Part shown: positions 10,498-21,885 of the stretch, in pieces
How the letters are laid out: every line of letters starts with the position of its first letter
How positions within the stretch are numbered: position 1 is the first letter of the stretch
NCBI GenBank assembly: GCA_965197475.1
Contig: CBDANF010000003.1
Span: forward strand, 800,001 to 864,000
Direction: 5' to 3'
Source: Candidatus Poribacteria bacterium
Lineage (GTDB): Bacteria > Poribacteria > WGA-4E > WGA-3G
Length of the DNA: 64,000 nucleotides
Notes under the pieces: model-generated
What the model saw: only the letters and a program-made list of their open reading frames with translations
Told to the model about the DNA's origin: nothing
The model's database searches: none
Made by a program: the position numbers and the translations under genes

Positions 10498-10977
10498 ATG
10501 GCAAAACACCCTGTCAGTCTAACAGTCAACGGTGATGAACACGATTTACTTATTGAACCGCGCAAAACCTTACTCGCGGTGCTGCGCGATACAATTGGTT
10601 TGACAGGTACCAAAGAAGGATGTAGCACAGGGGACTGCGGTGCATGCACCGTCATCGTTGATGGCAAAGCCGTCACGTCCTGTATGGTGCTCGGCGTTAC
10701 CGTCTCTGGAAAAGAAATTACCACTATTGAAGGTTTAGCCAGTGAAGGTGAACTTCATCCTATTCAACAAGCGTTTATTGATACCGGCGGTTATCAGTGC
10801 GGTTTTTGTACCCCCGGTTTCATCATGGCATCAAAGGTACTTGTAGATGAGAATCCAAACCGGACCGAAGAGGAATTCAGACACGCGCTTGGCGGGAACA
10901 TCTGCCGCTGTACCGGATATACAAAAATTCTTGAAGCAGTGCTACAAGCCGCAGAAGAGATACGTACAACTTCATAG
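10498..10977 (+). CDS. CoxS-family 2x[2Fe-2S] subunit
   Basis: GCSTGDCGACT, QCGFCTPG, GNICRCTGY; GGAGG RBS before ATG 10498. Confidence 0.93.
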   Translation: MAKHPVSLTVNGDEHDLLIEPRKTLLAVLRDTIGLTGTKEGCSTGDCGACTVIVDGKAVTSCMVLGVTVSGKEITTIEGLASEGELHPIQQAFIDTGGYQCGFCTPGFIMASKVLVDENPNRTEEEFRHALGGNICRCTGYTKILEAVLQAAEEIRTTS

Positions 10978-11023
10978 AGAACGTGCAGATTAGATCTGCA
11001 CTAAAGTTAAAAAGGAGAAAAAC

Positions 11024-11272
11024 ATGGCAAAAACACATCGTGGAGTAGGTATAAGACACCTATATGTTGATCCAAACGGAAATGTTCATGAAGGCGAATA
11101 CAACAACGGTCGCGGCACCTGTCCTGCTTGTGGACGTACCGGTGTGAAAGTGTTACCCGATTATAGTGTAGAGGTTGGTGAGGATTCCGTAAACGTTTGT
11201 AAAAGATGCTATACTGCTATTGGGCGTGGGAAAATAGAACTTCCAGCTGCAAGCCAAGCCGCAGAGGAGTAG
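11024..11272 (+). CDS. Small Zn-ribbon-like protein
   Basis: CPAC...CKRC, AAGGAG RBS, inside the cox cluster. Confidence 0.6.
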   Translation: MAKTHRGVGIRHLYVDPNGNVHEGEYNNGRGTCPACGRTGVKVLPDYSVEVGEDSVNVCKRCYTAIGRGKIELPAASQAAEE

Positions 11273-11305
11273 ACATACAAATTATCGAAATAAAAGGAGA
11301 ATTGC

Positions 11306-13603
11306 ATGTCAGAATATAGTGTTGTCGGTAAAAAACTACCGCGGGTTGATGCTGTCGAAAAAGTGACTGGTGCCGCACAATACGGCGCGGATGTTCACCC
11401 CGCTGGAATGCTCTACGGCAAAATCGTTCGAAGCAAGCATGTGCACGCCAATATCCTAAGTATTGATACAAGCGAAGCAGAAAAACTGCCAGGGGTCAGG
11501 GCAATTATTACGCAAGACGACGTTCCAAGTGGACGAAGAGTCTTCGCTACTGATAAAGTGCTTTATTTGGGCGAACCGCTTGCCGCTGTTGCTGCTACCG
11601 ACCCAGACATCGTTGAGGAAGCCGCTGAACTCATCAAAATTGAATACAAAGTTCTGCCTGTTGTGCAGGACGTGATGGAAGCGATTAAGCCATCAGCACC
11701 CCGCTTGCACGGGGATGCAACAAAAGAAGGCCCAAGCCGACGAGATATTAGTGCCAAAATTAAGGAACTCTCTCACGACGAGGCGGATAGTAATAGCGAT
11801 GAAATTCGTAGACTTGAGGCTGAATTAGAGAAATATCCCGATGAAGTTTACTATAATATCTCCGCCGAAAGCCACACTGCTGCAGGCGATGTTGAAAAAG
11901 GATTTGCCGAGTCTGATGTTGTCGTTGAGGACACTTATGTGATTCCGCGTGTCCATCAAACCTACATGGAACCTCACGTTTCCGTTGCCAGTGCGGATTC
12001 ATCAGGTAAGGTCACCGTCTGGGCATCCACGCAAGGTCCGTTCGCAATCCGTTCAGGTATCGCAGCTACACTCGGCATTCCATTGACACAAATTAACGTC
12101 ATCGGAACAACTATGGGTGGTGGTTTTGGTGGGCGTTTTGGCGTGATTATTACGCATGTTCCTGCTGTGTTACTCTCACAAAAAACCGGACGTGCTGTTC
12201 GTGTGCAAATGACGCGTGAAGAGGAATTCCTTGATGGTAGACCCGCCCCTGGATGCGTTATCAAACTGAAAACAGGAGCCACCAAAGATGGACGTATCCT
12301 CGCGCGGCAAGCACTTGCATTTTGGGATTCAGGATCAGTCTCAGGAGCATCTATCGGCAGTACAATTCGCGTTCGTGGTGTCTACAAAATTCCAAATATC
12401 AAAGTAGACGCTTATGGCGTGCATACCAACAAATCCGGCACTGCTGCTTATAGGGCACCAGGCGCACCACAAGCCATTTTCGCAGGCGAATCGCAGCTTG
12501 ACGATATTGCTGAACAAATAGGCATGGACCCAGTCAAATTCCGTCTGATGAATATGCGCGAAGAGGGAGATGCTGTCCCCGCAGGAGGAAGCGAACCGAA
12601 AGTCGGTTACAAGGAAACCTTGGAGGCTGTTGCAGATGCCGCCGGATGGTGGGATCGGGAAGCTGATAATAATCAAGGCTGGGGCGTTGCTGTTGGTGAT
12701 TGGACAAACGGTTGTGGTCCTGGTGGTGTTTATGTTTCTGTCCACGAAGATGGAAGTGCGCGAATATTCCACGGTTCTATGGACATCACAGGAACAGATA
12801 CAGCTATCACGCAAATTATTGCTGAAATCTTGACTATTCCGTATGAAAACGTCACAATCCGCCGTGGCGACACAGATTCAGCCCCGTACTCTACCGGATC
12901 AGGCGGTAGCGTTGTCACTTTCACTATGGGGAATACTGCTAAACTTGCGGCTGAAGACGCACGCAAACGTATTCTTGAACTCGCCTCTGAAAGACTCAAT
13001 ACGAATGAGGATAACCTTGAACTTAGAGACGGTGGTGTCCATATTATTACTGCAGATCCACCCAAATCCATTTCATTAGGGGAACTCGCAGCGTATAGTC
13101 TCTCAACAACAGGGGGTCCTATTGTTGGGAAAGGTTCTTTCGCACGTCAACCGAGTACACCTGCTCTCGCAGCACAGATTGCTAAAGTTGAGGTAGACCC
13201 TGACACCGGCAGAACCAGAGTCCTAAAGCTTGTTGCCTCGCAAGATGTTGGTTTCGCTATTAATCCGATGGCAGTGGAAGGGCAAATTGAAGGTGGTACG
13301 GTGCAAGGCTATGCATGGGCTATGATGGAAGAGATGCAATACGGTGAAAATGGAAACGTCAATCCGGGATTCGTCGATTACCGTGTGCCGACTTCTGCCG
13401 ACCTTCCGACAGTTGAATCTGTTATCGTTGAAGTGCCCGCGCCTAATGGTCCTTACGGTGCTAAAGGTGTTGGAGAGCCTCCTATCACCCCGACATTGGC
13501 AACGATGGCAAATGCTGTTAGAGATGCCGTCGGTGTCCGTATCACCGAACTGCCGATCAAACCCGAAAAGGTTATTGAGGCATTAAAGAATAACGGACAT
13601 TAG
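11306..13603 (+). CDS. Xanthine dehydrogenase/CoxL-family molybdopterin-binding subunit
   Basis: HQTYMEPH, MGGGFGGR, AYRAPG, EGQIEGG, GAKGVGEPP. Confidence 0.93.
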   Translation: MSEYSVVGKKLPRVDAVEKVTGAAQYGADVHPAGMLYGKIVRSKHVHANILSIDTSEAEKLPGVRAIITQDDVPSGRRVFATDKVLYLGEPLAAVAATDPDIVEEAAELIKIEYKVLPVVQDVMEAIKPSAPRLHGDATKEGPSRRDISAKIKELSHDEADSNSDEIRRLEAELEKYPDEVYYNISAESHTAAGDVEKGFAESDVVVEDTYVIPRVHQTYMEPHVSVASADSSGKVTVWASTQGPFAIRSGIAATLGIPLTQINVIGTTMGGGFGGRFGVIITHVPAVLLSQKTGRAVRVQMTREEEFLDGRPAPGCVIKLKTGATKDGRILARQALAFWDSGSVSGASIGSTIRVRGVYKIPNIKVDAYGVHTNKSGTAAYRAPGAPQAIFAGESQLDDIAEQIGMDPVKFRLMNMREEGDAVPAGGSEPKVGYKETLEAVADAAGWWDREADNNQGWGVAVGDWTNGCGPGGVYVSVHEDGSARIFHGSMDITGTDTAITQIIAEILTIPYENVTIRRGDTDSAPYSTGSGGSVVTFTMGNTAKLAAEDARKRILELASERLNTNEDNLELRDGGVHIITADPPKSISLGELAAYSLSTTGGPIVGKGSFARQPSTPALAAQIAKVEVDPDTGRTRVLKLVASQDVGFAINPMAVEGQIEGGTVQGYAWAMMEEMQYGENGNVNPGFVDYRVPTSADLPTVESVIVEVPAPNGPYGAKGVGEPPITPTLATMANAVRDAVGVRITELPIKPEKVIEALKNNGH

Positions 13604-13671
13604 TTCTCTGTAAGGTTCAGCGGATAGTAAGCGATTACTTTGTAATTACCCCTTTACGTTAGAAAGGAAAT

Positions 13672-13695
13672 TTGGGCGGAATCTGTTCCGCCCAA
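13672..13695 (+). terminator. Hairpin after the cox cluster
   Basis: TTGGGCGGAA-tctg-TTCCGCCCAA perfect 10-bp stem; weak U-tract. Confidence 0.4.
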
Positions 13696-13702
13696 CAATT
13701 TT

Positions 13703-14419
13703 ATGTTTGGTGAAATTAGAAACGAGCACGGTGAACGTCTTGATTATACATATCATGAAGGCAAAGGTAACAAGATTGTAGTAATAGGGCATGGTGTCAC
13801 CGGCAATAAAGATAGACCTGCCCTCATCGCTTTGGCAGAAGGGCTTGCCGATGCTGGCATTTCTGCCTTGCGCTTCTCATTCTCCGGTAATGGTGAATCA
13901 GAAGGTAAATTTACAAACTCCACTATCACAAAAGAGGTAGCAGACCTCGGTAGCATTATTGATGTGCTAAGCGAATATAAAGTTTGCTACGTTGGGCATA
14001 GTATGGGCGGTGCAGTCGGTGTGCTGCGTGCCGCTGCTGATGAACGCATTGAAGTACTTGCATCGCTTGCGGGAATGGTACATACAAAAGCATTTGCTGA
14101 CCGTGAATTTGGTGATGTAACACCCGACGAAGGTTTTATGTGGGATGAACCTGACTGCCCTCTCTCACAAACCTATATGAATGACATGGCAACGATTGAT
14201 AGTGTTGCAAAACATGCAAGTAAATTTGCTGTCCCTTGGCTCTTGGTTCACGGTTCAGAGGATGACATCGTTCCAATTCAAGATAGTATTGATGTCCTTC
14301 AGCACGCGAATGAACCGACAGAACTCCTTGATCTACCTGGCGCAGACCATGTATTTTCTGGCGATTCTACTGCTGTCATGGTTGAGAAAGTCGTCGCATG
14401 GATTAATGCAAAATTGTAG
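13703..14419 (+). CDS. Alpha/beta hydrolase
   Basis: GHSMGG nucleophile elbow, HGSEDD, ADH triad residues. Confidence 0.9.
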   Translation: MFGEIRNEHGERLDYTYHEGKGNKIVVIGHGVTGNKDRPALIALAEGLADAGISALRFSFSGNGESEGKFTNSTITKEVADLGSIIDVLSEYKVCYVGHSMGGAVGVLRAAADERIEVLASLAGMVHTKAFADREFGDVTPDEGFMWDEPDCPLSQTYMNDMATIDSVAKHASKFAVPWLLVHGSEDDIVPIQDSIDVLQHANEPTELLDLPGADHVFSGDSTAVMVEKVVAWINAKL

Positions 14420-14456
14420 ATACTACCCCCGAAATTGAACTTTGGAGAAAATAAAT

Positions 14457-16190
14457 ATGCCATTACCTCGTCTTTCTGTCTCAACGTGGAGTCTGCATCG
14501 GCAACTTGGAAGACCCGGATTTACCGGACCTGCACACGACATGCAAATCCCTACTGAAACCCACAACAAAGGTCCCATTTCACTTTTGGATTTGCCCACG
14601 CACATCGCTGAATTCGGCATAAATACCGTGGAAATTTGCCATTTCCATCTCCCATCTGTTGAGAAAAGTTATCTATATGAACTCCGCGCTGCACTCCAAG
14701 GTGCCGACGTTGAACTGTTCTCTTTATTATAGTAAAACCTGTAATTACTTATACACTTTTATAATATCATCAATAGAGGTCTCAGCGTTGTATTGACGTA
14801 TCCGCTTGATGTTAGCGAAATCTTTCTCAATCGGATTCAACTCCGGTGAATACGGTGGTAAAAACAACAAACTCGCACCGCATTCCCGGATCAATGCTTC
14901 TGTTTGTGAACCTTTGTGGAAAGAGGCATTATCCATAATCACAACGTGGCTGTCGTCAAGCAAAGGACATAACATCTCCGAAAGCCATGCGTTGAAGGCA
15001 ACCGCATCGCAACTACCTTCGAAAAGCACAGGCACTGTGAAACATCCATCAAGACGTGCCGCAATCAAGGTTGTGGTGGTATACCGATGACTTGGCACTT
15101 TATCTTCAACACGGACACCTTTCGGGCATAAGCATACCGACGGAAATCGGTTTCGGTGAAACCACTTTCGTCAAGATAAACCGGTTTTTTGCCATGCTCG
15201 TGTGTCTCTTGTTGAAGTGCCGAGAGATACTCTTGGCGTTTTACCGGACACTGTTCTTTGTAGGTCGTGGTCTTTTTTTTCGCGTGATATTGAGTTTTGC
15301 CAAGGCATAAAAGATGCCGTTTGTTGAAACACCGAAGTGTTTGGCACGTTCGGCGAGTGTGCTATCGGGAAAATCGGCAACATGTTGTTGAAGCGCATCA
15401 TAATCAATGTGTCGGGGCCCTTTGGGACCCGGCTTCTCATAGGCAAAGGGGTCTTCTGCTTCTAACCAGTTATAGATCGTCCTTCTTGAGACACCGAAGG
15501 TGCGTTCTGCGGCGGCTTTACTGCCACCATTATTGATGAAATCAAGCACGCGTTTGCGTCCATCTGTTGAATATGCCATAATCATAAAGGCTAACATAAA
15601 TCACAGAAAATGTAAACTTATTTTCAGGATCTACTATAATAGACGATGGTGACATCACGCACCCATCTGAAGCAGAACGCGACATCGCATGGATTGAAAA
15701 ATGGATTGACATTGCTGGTGAACTTGGCGCACAGTGTACACGCGTTATCGGAGGAAAAGCAGCACCCTCTGAAGATACCTTAGCGCAAAGTCAACATGCC
15801 CTCTCCCGACTCACCGAACACGCTGAGACTGCTGGCATCCGTTTGATGACCGAAAACTGGTTCTCCATCTTTTCTACACCAGAAAATGTCAACACGATTT
15901 TAGGCAAATTAGATGGCAAAGTTGGACTCTGTTTAGATTTTGGCAACTGGCGTGGTGATACAAAATACGTTGACCTCGCAGCGATTGCACCAATGGCAGA
16001 ATCGTGTCATACCAAAGCACATTTTGATGCCCCGCGCGAAATGGATAAAGAAGATTACGTCCATTGCCTTGAACTTACACAAGAAGCTGGTTTTGCTGGA
16101 CCGCATACCCTCATCTACGATGGACCTGGTGATGACGAATGGGAAGGCTTGGCGATTGAACGCGAAGTTGTGAACCCCTACCTCAACTAA
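14457..16190 (+). pseudogene. Sugar phosphate isomerase/epimerase (TIM barrel) split by IS630
   Basis: Removing 14730-15638 restores ...ELFSLL-IDDGDITHPSEAERD...RLMTENWF...LDFGNW...CHTKA. Confidence 0.85.
14730..15636 (-). mobile_element. IS630-family IS, complete; orfA 15241-15597 and DDE orfB to 14745 joined by a frameshift
   Basis: TIRs TAGTAAAACCTG / CAGGATCTACTA, TA duplication, A8G slippery run, MDNASFH and LPPYSPELNPIE motifs. Confidence 0.93.
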
Positions 16191-16203
16191 AGTTAGGTTA
16201 AAT

Positions 16204-17094
16204 ATGTTTTCACTATCACAAATACAACATAGTCTAAACGTCGCTTGGAACAAACAACAAGTCTTGGGCTACCATTTTCCTGAAGATGGCAACCGTCCCT
16301 TTTGCCATCCGTTGAACCTACCCAATGCGCCGTCGCTTACAATGAACGAACCCGGCGACCACGTACATCATCAAGGGTTATGGGTTGCGTGGAAAAAGGT
16401 CAACGAGGTTAATTTTTGGGAACAACCCGCACAAGGGGCAGACCCAACCGGCTTCGGAAAGATCGTCCATCAACGGATTATTTCGCAGAGAGCGAATGCC
16501 GACAGCGCGAGTTTCGCAACAGAAAACGCTTGGATAGATTGGCGTGGCATAACACATCTAACAGAGCAGCGAGAGATAACCGTTCACTCTCCAACTGTTA
16601 ATGTGATGAAGATTTCCGTGTCGTTAACCTTTCACCCTAACGAGCGTGAGGTTGTGCTTGACCTCCGGCGCGGAGAACCCGGTGCAGATGGCAGATACTA
16701 CAGCGGCATGGCAATCCGATTTGACAATATCATAACGCCGGGCAATCTATTGGACGCAGATGGACGTACTGAACCGATGGACATCTTCGGTAAACAGAGT
16801 CGGTGGTGCAGTTTCACTTCGCAACACCCGACTGACAATGAAACCTACGGTGTCGCTATCATCGATCATCCCGATAATCCCCGTTATCCGACAACGTGGT
16901 GGGTACGCAATCGAAAAAACTACTGCTTAATCCATCCCTCACCTGTCTATTATGAACCGTTCCATCTCGCCTCCGATGAAACCTTGACCTTGCAGTATAG
17001 TGTTGTTCTTTATCGCGGTCAACCTGACGTGTGTACTGCCATCGGAAATTTAGGCCACTACCTAAAACAAGATTGTGATATAATTACAATCTAA
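16204..17094 (+). CDS. PmoA-like/DUF6807 family protein; last ~20 codons contributed by the IS3 end
   Basis: RPFCHPL, DHVHHQGLW, DHPDNPRYPTTWWVR; IS3 end starts at 17032 inside the ORF. Confidence 0.65.
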   Translation: MFSLSQIQHSLNVAWNKQQVLGYHFPEDGNRPFCHPLNLPNAPSLTMNEPGDHVHHQGLWVAWKKVNEVNFWEQPAQGADPTGFGKIVHQRIISQRANADSASFATENAWIDWRGITHLTEQREITVHSPTVNVMKISVSLTFHPNEREVVLDLRRGEPGADGRYYSGMAIRFDNIITPGNLLDADGRTEPMDIFGKQSRWCSFTSQHPTDNETYGVAIIDHPDNPRYPTTWWVRNRKNYCLIHPSPVYYEPFHLASDETLTLQYSVVLYRGQPDVCTAIGNLGHYLKQDCDIITI

Positions 17095-18261
17095 TTAGAA
17101 GGAGAATCCGATGCCAAAACGAAGAAGTTTCACTTCAGAATTTAAAGCTGAAGTTGTTATTGAGGCACTGAGCGGTCAAAGTTCACAAGCGGAACTGTGT
17201 CGCAAACATAACCTCAGCGATGTTCAACTCTCAAAGTGGAAACGCCAACTTCTTGAAAATGCGGCAACCCTCTTTGAACCTATTGATAAACAAACTCATG
17301 CGTCTCAACAGCGGATTGCTCAACTTAAACAACTCCTTGGCAGGTTGACCCTGTCATTGGACATCCAAAAAAAAGTCTCAACCTTGCTGGGTTGACCCCA
17401 GCTGAAAAACGAGGATTTGTAGAAACTTTGCGAACCGATTACTCTGTGCGACAGATTTGCGATACACTTGGTTTCAATAGAAGCAGTCTCTATTATCAAC
17501 CGAAAAAGGACCCTTGTGAAGAGGTGCTCCGACAGGAGATAGAAAAGTTAGCCGCATGTTATCCAAGATATGGTTATAGGCGTATCACAGAGTTGCTGCT
17601 GCGTATGGGATACACCGTCGGATATCGACGTGTCGCACGAGTAATGAAATCAGCTAATCTGTTGGTCGCTGTCAAACTACTAAATCCCTTGACTGTCCGT
17701 GTCAATGGGGCAACCAACTTGATAACCTTGACATTTGTCGGCGGAATCAGGTCTGGGTTGCGGATGTTACATATATCCGGCTCAAAGGACACTTCGTCTA
17801 TGTTTCAGTTCTAATGGATGTATTTACTCGAATGATAAGAGGTTGGCAACTGACTGAGCCGACATTTGACACAACCTCTGACATTGATACCATTGCAGCA
17901 GGCAGGACAGCAAAGTGTTCCAGAGATCCATCATAGTGATCAGGGAGTTCAGTATCTTTCAAGAAACTATATTTCCACTCTCACCGACTATGGGATTGAG
18001 ATTTCGTTAGCTCATAGAGGGTGTCCTTGGGAAAACGGTTATGCGGAACGGCTTATCCGAACTCTCAAGGAGGAAGAGGTCCACCTTAATGACTATGATG
18101 ATATAGCGGATGCTAATACTCGCATTGGGCATTTTATTGAACAAGTGTCCAACCAGAAACGACCTCACTCGGCATTAGGTTATTTGACACCTGTTGAATT
18201 TGAGCAAAAAAACTTGTCTTAACTTTACGAAATTCTGGTCTAAAAAATCGATGGCACTTCA
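17032..18261 (+). mobile_element. IS3-family IS, degenerate (orfA 17111-17395, fragmented orfB)
   Basis: TGTACTGCC...GGCACTTCA ends; YGYRRI, HHSDQGVQY, WENGYAER; homologous to 39095-40339. Confidence 0.88.
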
Positions 18262-18429
18262 AATTTTTTGGTTCTACTATTTCTGACATAAAGGAGACTT
18301 GTTTGGATTTATTGGAAAAGCACGACTCAGATTTTGTTGAAGAACAACGTGCGGAGGAAACGACCACTAACACAGAAAGCGAGGAGTCTCCATAAATCAA
18401 ATACAGAAATCTTTAGTATGAGGCAAAAC

Positions 18430-19446
18430 ATGAAATTAGCAGTCCTTTCCTATAGCCATCACGGACGAAGCATGGCACGCACAGCGCAAGCACTCGGACA
18501 CGAAATCGTAGGTGTCATGGATGCAGAGCATTCACCACGCGAACAGTTGGCAAATGACTTTCAATCTCCAGCATTTGATTCTGCAGGCAACTGTCTGGAT
18601 GCAACCAAACCGGACGCAGCACTTGTCGCAGGAAAACATACTGAGATACCATCTCACGTTCAGGCATGTGTAGACAGACGCATCCCTTATCTTTTGGATA
18701 AACCTTTTGCTGATTGTGCTGACCGTCTGCGTCCCGCTGCAGAGGCATCCGAAAAGCATGGCGTATTCAGCGCGCTTGTGCTGCCAAACCGAGCAAGCAA
18801 AATTGTGAGTGTCGTTAAAACAATGGTTGAAGATGGTAGCTTGGGTGACCTTGTGTTATACAACAGCAGATTAAACAACGGGCCGCCATCTCGCTACGAT
18901 CCCACACCATCCTATTGGCACAACGATCCGAGTATATCTGGCGGTGGAAGTTGGGCAGTTGAGGCTGCGCACGGTATTGATACATTCCTTCAATTTGTCG
19001 GAGATCAGGAGATTACAGTTGTTGGCGCGGTGATGTCCAATGCAATGTATAGTCGGAGTGTGGAGGATAGCGGCATCGGTGTGCTAAGGACAGAAAACGG
19101 TATCACAGGAATTATTGAGTCGGGTTATACCTATCCATCAGGCAAACGTGGTGGCGATCACTTCTTCCGATTTATTGGCACAAAAGCATCGGTATTTGAG
19201 CAGTATGGCACGAATGACGAACCGCTAATTGAAGTTCACACAACTGAAGGCGTGCAGTTCAATGAGGACATTCCGCACGGTGCGAGAATACGAGGTATTA
19301 TGGGCAAAGCGTTTGATGCAATTCGTGAGGGTGGTACTTTTGAGCCATCGGTAGTTGATGCGGTGCGGATACTTGAAGTTCAGGATGCGGTTTATGCACA
19401 TGCGCGTCAAAGCGTGACGACCCACGGTCCGCATCCAATGGGGTAA
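18430..19446 (+). CDS. Gfo/Idh/MocA family oxidoreductase
   Basis: LLDKPFA, GGGSWAVEAAHGID; start chosen at MKLAVL. Confidence 0.8.
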   Translation: MKLAVLSYSHHGRSMARTAQALGHEIVGVMDAEHSPREQLANDFQSPAFDSAGNCLDATKPDAALVAGKHTEIPSHVQACVDRRIPYLLDKPFADCADRLRPAAEASEKHGVFSALVLPNRASKIVSVVKTMVEDGSLGDLVLYNSRLNNGPPSRYDPTPSYWHNDPSISGGGSWAVEAAHGIDTFLQFVGDQEITVVGAVMSNAMYSRSVEDSGIGVLRTENGITGIIESGYTYPSGKRGGDHFFRFIGTKASVFEQYGTNDEPLIEVHTTEGVQFNEDIPHGARIRGIMGKAFDAIREGGTFEPSVVDAVRILEVQDAVYAHARQSVTTHGPHPMG

Positions 19447-19486
19447 AACGATATAATTTTCATTCAACAGACAAAAGGAGTAAAAT

Positions 19487-20449
19487 ATGCCGAATTCCCA
19501 TGATACAGATTTGGAAGAAATCCTCCCACCAGATTCCGAACTTGAGGAAGTGTTCAGTGACGCACATTTCACGGAAGGGCCAACCGTCGCGCCAGATGGC
19601 ACAGTCTATTTCAGTGATATTACCTTCACACATCAAACCGATATGCAAGCCGGGCATATTATGCGATATGATCCAGAGACAGGGGACACCTCTGTTTTTC
19701 GATCTCCAAGTGGAATGTCAAACGGCATGAAGTTTGATGCACAAGGACGTTTGGTTATCGCTGAAGGTGCAGATTTTGGTGGTCGCAGGATTACCCGAAC
19801 TGACATGGAAACAGGTAAAAGCGACATCATCGCCGGACTATATGAAGGAAAGCCGTTCAATTCACCTAACGACCTCACGATTGATGAAAAGGGAAGAATC
19901 TATTTTACCGATCCGCGCTATGTTGGACATGAGCCGGTTGAACAACCTGTCATGGGTGTTTATAAGATTGATACGGATGGCTCTGTCCATCTCGTCATCG
20001 CAGATTCCGGCAAACCGAACGGGATAGCAGTCTCACCGGACCAGAAAACGCTATATGTTGGTAGCAACGACAGCGGGGCATTTAGGGATATGCCTGATGA
20101 ATTGCCAACCTACATGGGGCGGATGGTACTCCTTGCTTACGATCTGGCATCTGATGGCACAGCAACTTTCCGTGAAACACTTGTTGACTATGCCCCAGAA
20201 CACGGTCCCGACGGGTTTGAAGTTGATGTTGAAGGTAATCTCTACGTTGCAGTTCGCGATAAAACTCGATTCGGTGTGTGCGTTTATGCTCCCGATGGAA
20301 AGGAATTGGTGTATATCAGGACACCCGAACTACCGACTAACGTGGCTTTTGGACGTGGTGCTCAGAGTAAGATACTCTATATCACTGCAGGAGGAGAACT
20401 CTATAGAATTCGGGTTGGGAAAGATGGGTATCACCTTCCGCAGAAGTAG
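19487..20449 (+). CDS. SMP-30/gluconolactonase family beta-propeller
   Basis: FTEGP, SNGM, FNSPND, PNGIAVSPD, PDG motifs. Confidence 0.9.
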   Translation: MPNSHDTDLEEILPPDSELEEVFSDAHFTEGPTVAPDGTVYFSDITFTHQTDMQAGHIMRYDPETGDTSVFRSPSGMSNGMKFDAQGRLVIAEGADFGGRRITRTDMETGKSDIIAGLYEGKPFNSPNDLTIDEKGRIYFTDPRYVGHEPVEQPVMGVYKIDTDGSVHLVIADSGKPNGIAVSPDQKTLYVGSNDSGAFRDMPDELPTYMGRMVLLAYDLASDGTATFRETLVDYAPEHGPDGFEVDVEGNLYVAVRDKTRFGVCVYAPDGKELVYIRTPELPTNVAFGRGAQSKILYITAGGELYRIRVGKDGYHLPQK

Positions 20450-20462
20450 CATCTTCCTTTGG

Positions 20463-21863
20463 TCAAATGTCGGGATGAAGATTATGCCATGACGTTGCAC
20501 TTTTATAAGCGTGACCGACTTGACATAACAACTGCTCACTCAAATGTTTGCCAACAAACTGAATGCTCAACGGTAATCCTTCACTGTTCATGCCGCATGG
20601 TACAGATAGCGTTGGGGCACCGTTGAAGTCAAACGGGGCAGTGAATCGTTGAAACCTTGCAGGTCTGGTCTCTTTCGGTCCGTATAACAACTCTGGCGTG
20701 ACAACGTGCGGCGGTGCAGACATTGATGGACATACTAACACATCAATATCTTGGAACACCCACCTGAGATGTCCTGTGCAGGCGGCTCTCAAGTTGTTCG
20801 CTTCGGCATATTTAGTACCTGTCACCTCTGCTCCCATATCAAGCCACCCTTGGAACCAAGGACCGTAGGCATCCCGTTGAGAAGGATAGGTAGCTGCATG
20901 CGCTGCCACCGCTTCTGCTGAACAGATCGTTGGCCATACCAAGACATACGGATCCATGTCCGGCAATTGCACATCAACGATTTCAGCACCCAATTCCGCT
21001 AATAATTCTACGCCTGAACACACCGCTTCCGCAAGTTCAGTGTCAACGTCTTTCGTAGCATAATTTTCGTCAAATCCGACTCGGATACCTTTGATACCCC
21101 GATCAATTCCTTTGAGCATAGCAGGCTCAGGATCAGGCAGAGAAGTCGGGTCATTCGGGTCAAAGCCAGCGATTGCTTCAAGCATAATCCCCGCATCCGC
21201 AACACTTCGGGTCATAGGTCCAACATGATCCATAGATTCAGCAAGCGCAAGCACACCGTAACGACTAACTCTACCCCATGTCGGTTTTATTCCAACGATA
21301 CCGCACGCAGCGGAGGGAAAACGAATTGAACCGCCTGTGTCACTACCAATTGAGCCTGAACATAATCCTGCAGCTGTTGCAACACCAGAACCGCTTGAAG
21401 ATGAACCTGTCCATTGGTCAGGGTTCCACGGGTTTATCGGAATGTCGAATTCTGGATGGTAGCCGCCCATTGCCCCTTCTGTCAAGTTTAGTTTACCAAG
21501 TAGCACTGCGCCCGCAGATTCAAGTCTTTGCACAACTGTGCTGTCGAACTCAGGGACGTGATTCCCTAGTACCTTTGCCCCGCCCATCGTGCGGACACCT
21601 TCAGTAAAACAGAGATCCTTTACTGCAATCGGAACGCCGTGAAGAGGCCCGCGATAGTTGCCTGCTGAAATTTCCTGTTCAGCTTTGTGTGCCGCTGCCA
21701 TTGCGTGGTCTGCCATTACTGTAGCATAACTCTTCAATCGGTCATCAAGCTGTTCAATCCGCTGCAACATAACGGTTGTCAGTTCAACTGGCGACAACTG
21801 TTTAGAAGCTAATAACTCGCCAATTTCTGTAATTGTCTTGAAGTGGAGTAGGGTTTCTGACAT
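20463..21863 (-). CDS. Amidase signature family enzyme
   Basis: GVPIAVKD, GSSSSGS, GSDTGGSIRFP. Confidence 0.92.
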   Translation of the reverse strand: MSETLLHFKTITEIGELLASKQLSPVELTTVMLQRIEQLDDRLKSYATVMADHAMAAAHKAEQEISAGNYRGPLHGVPIAVKDLCFTEGVRTMGGAKVLGNHVPEFDSTVVQRLESAGAVLLGKLNLTEGAMGGYHPEFDIPINPWNPDQWTGSSSSGSGVATAAGLCSGSIGSDTGGSIRFPSAACGIVGIKPTWGRVSRYGVLALAESMDHVGPMTRSVADAGIMLEAIAGFDPNDPTSLPDPEPAMLKGIDRGIKGIRVGFDENYATKDVDTELAEAVCSGVELLAELGAEIVDVQLPDMDPYVLVWPTICSAEAVAAHAATYPSQRDAYGPWFQGWLDMGAEVTGTKYAEANNLRAACTGHLRWVFQDIDVLVCPSMSAPPHVVTPELLYGPKETRPARFQRFTAPFDFNGAPTLSVPCGMNSEGLPLSIQFVGKHLSEQLLCQVGHAYKSATSWHNLHPDI

Positions 21864-21885
21864 GTCCAGTATCCTCTATTCTCAA

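Noticed and set aside
9572-13603. Aerobic CO dehydrogenase
   Set aside because: Lacks the AYxCSFR motif and cox accessory genes
16204-17094. Particulate methane monooxygenase subunit
   Set aside because: Soluble-looking protein, no TM helices, no pmoB/C; the PmoA-like family label is misleading
20463-21863. gatA
   Set aside because: No gatB/gatC neighbours; catabolic context indicates a generic amidase
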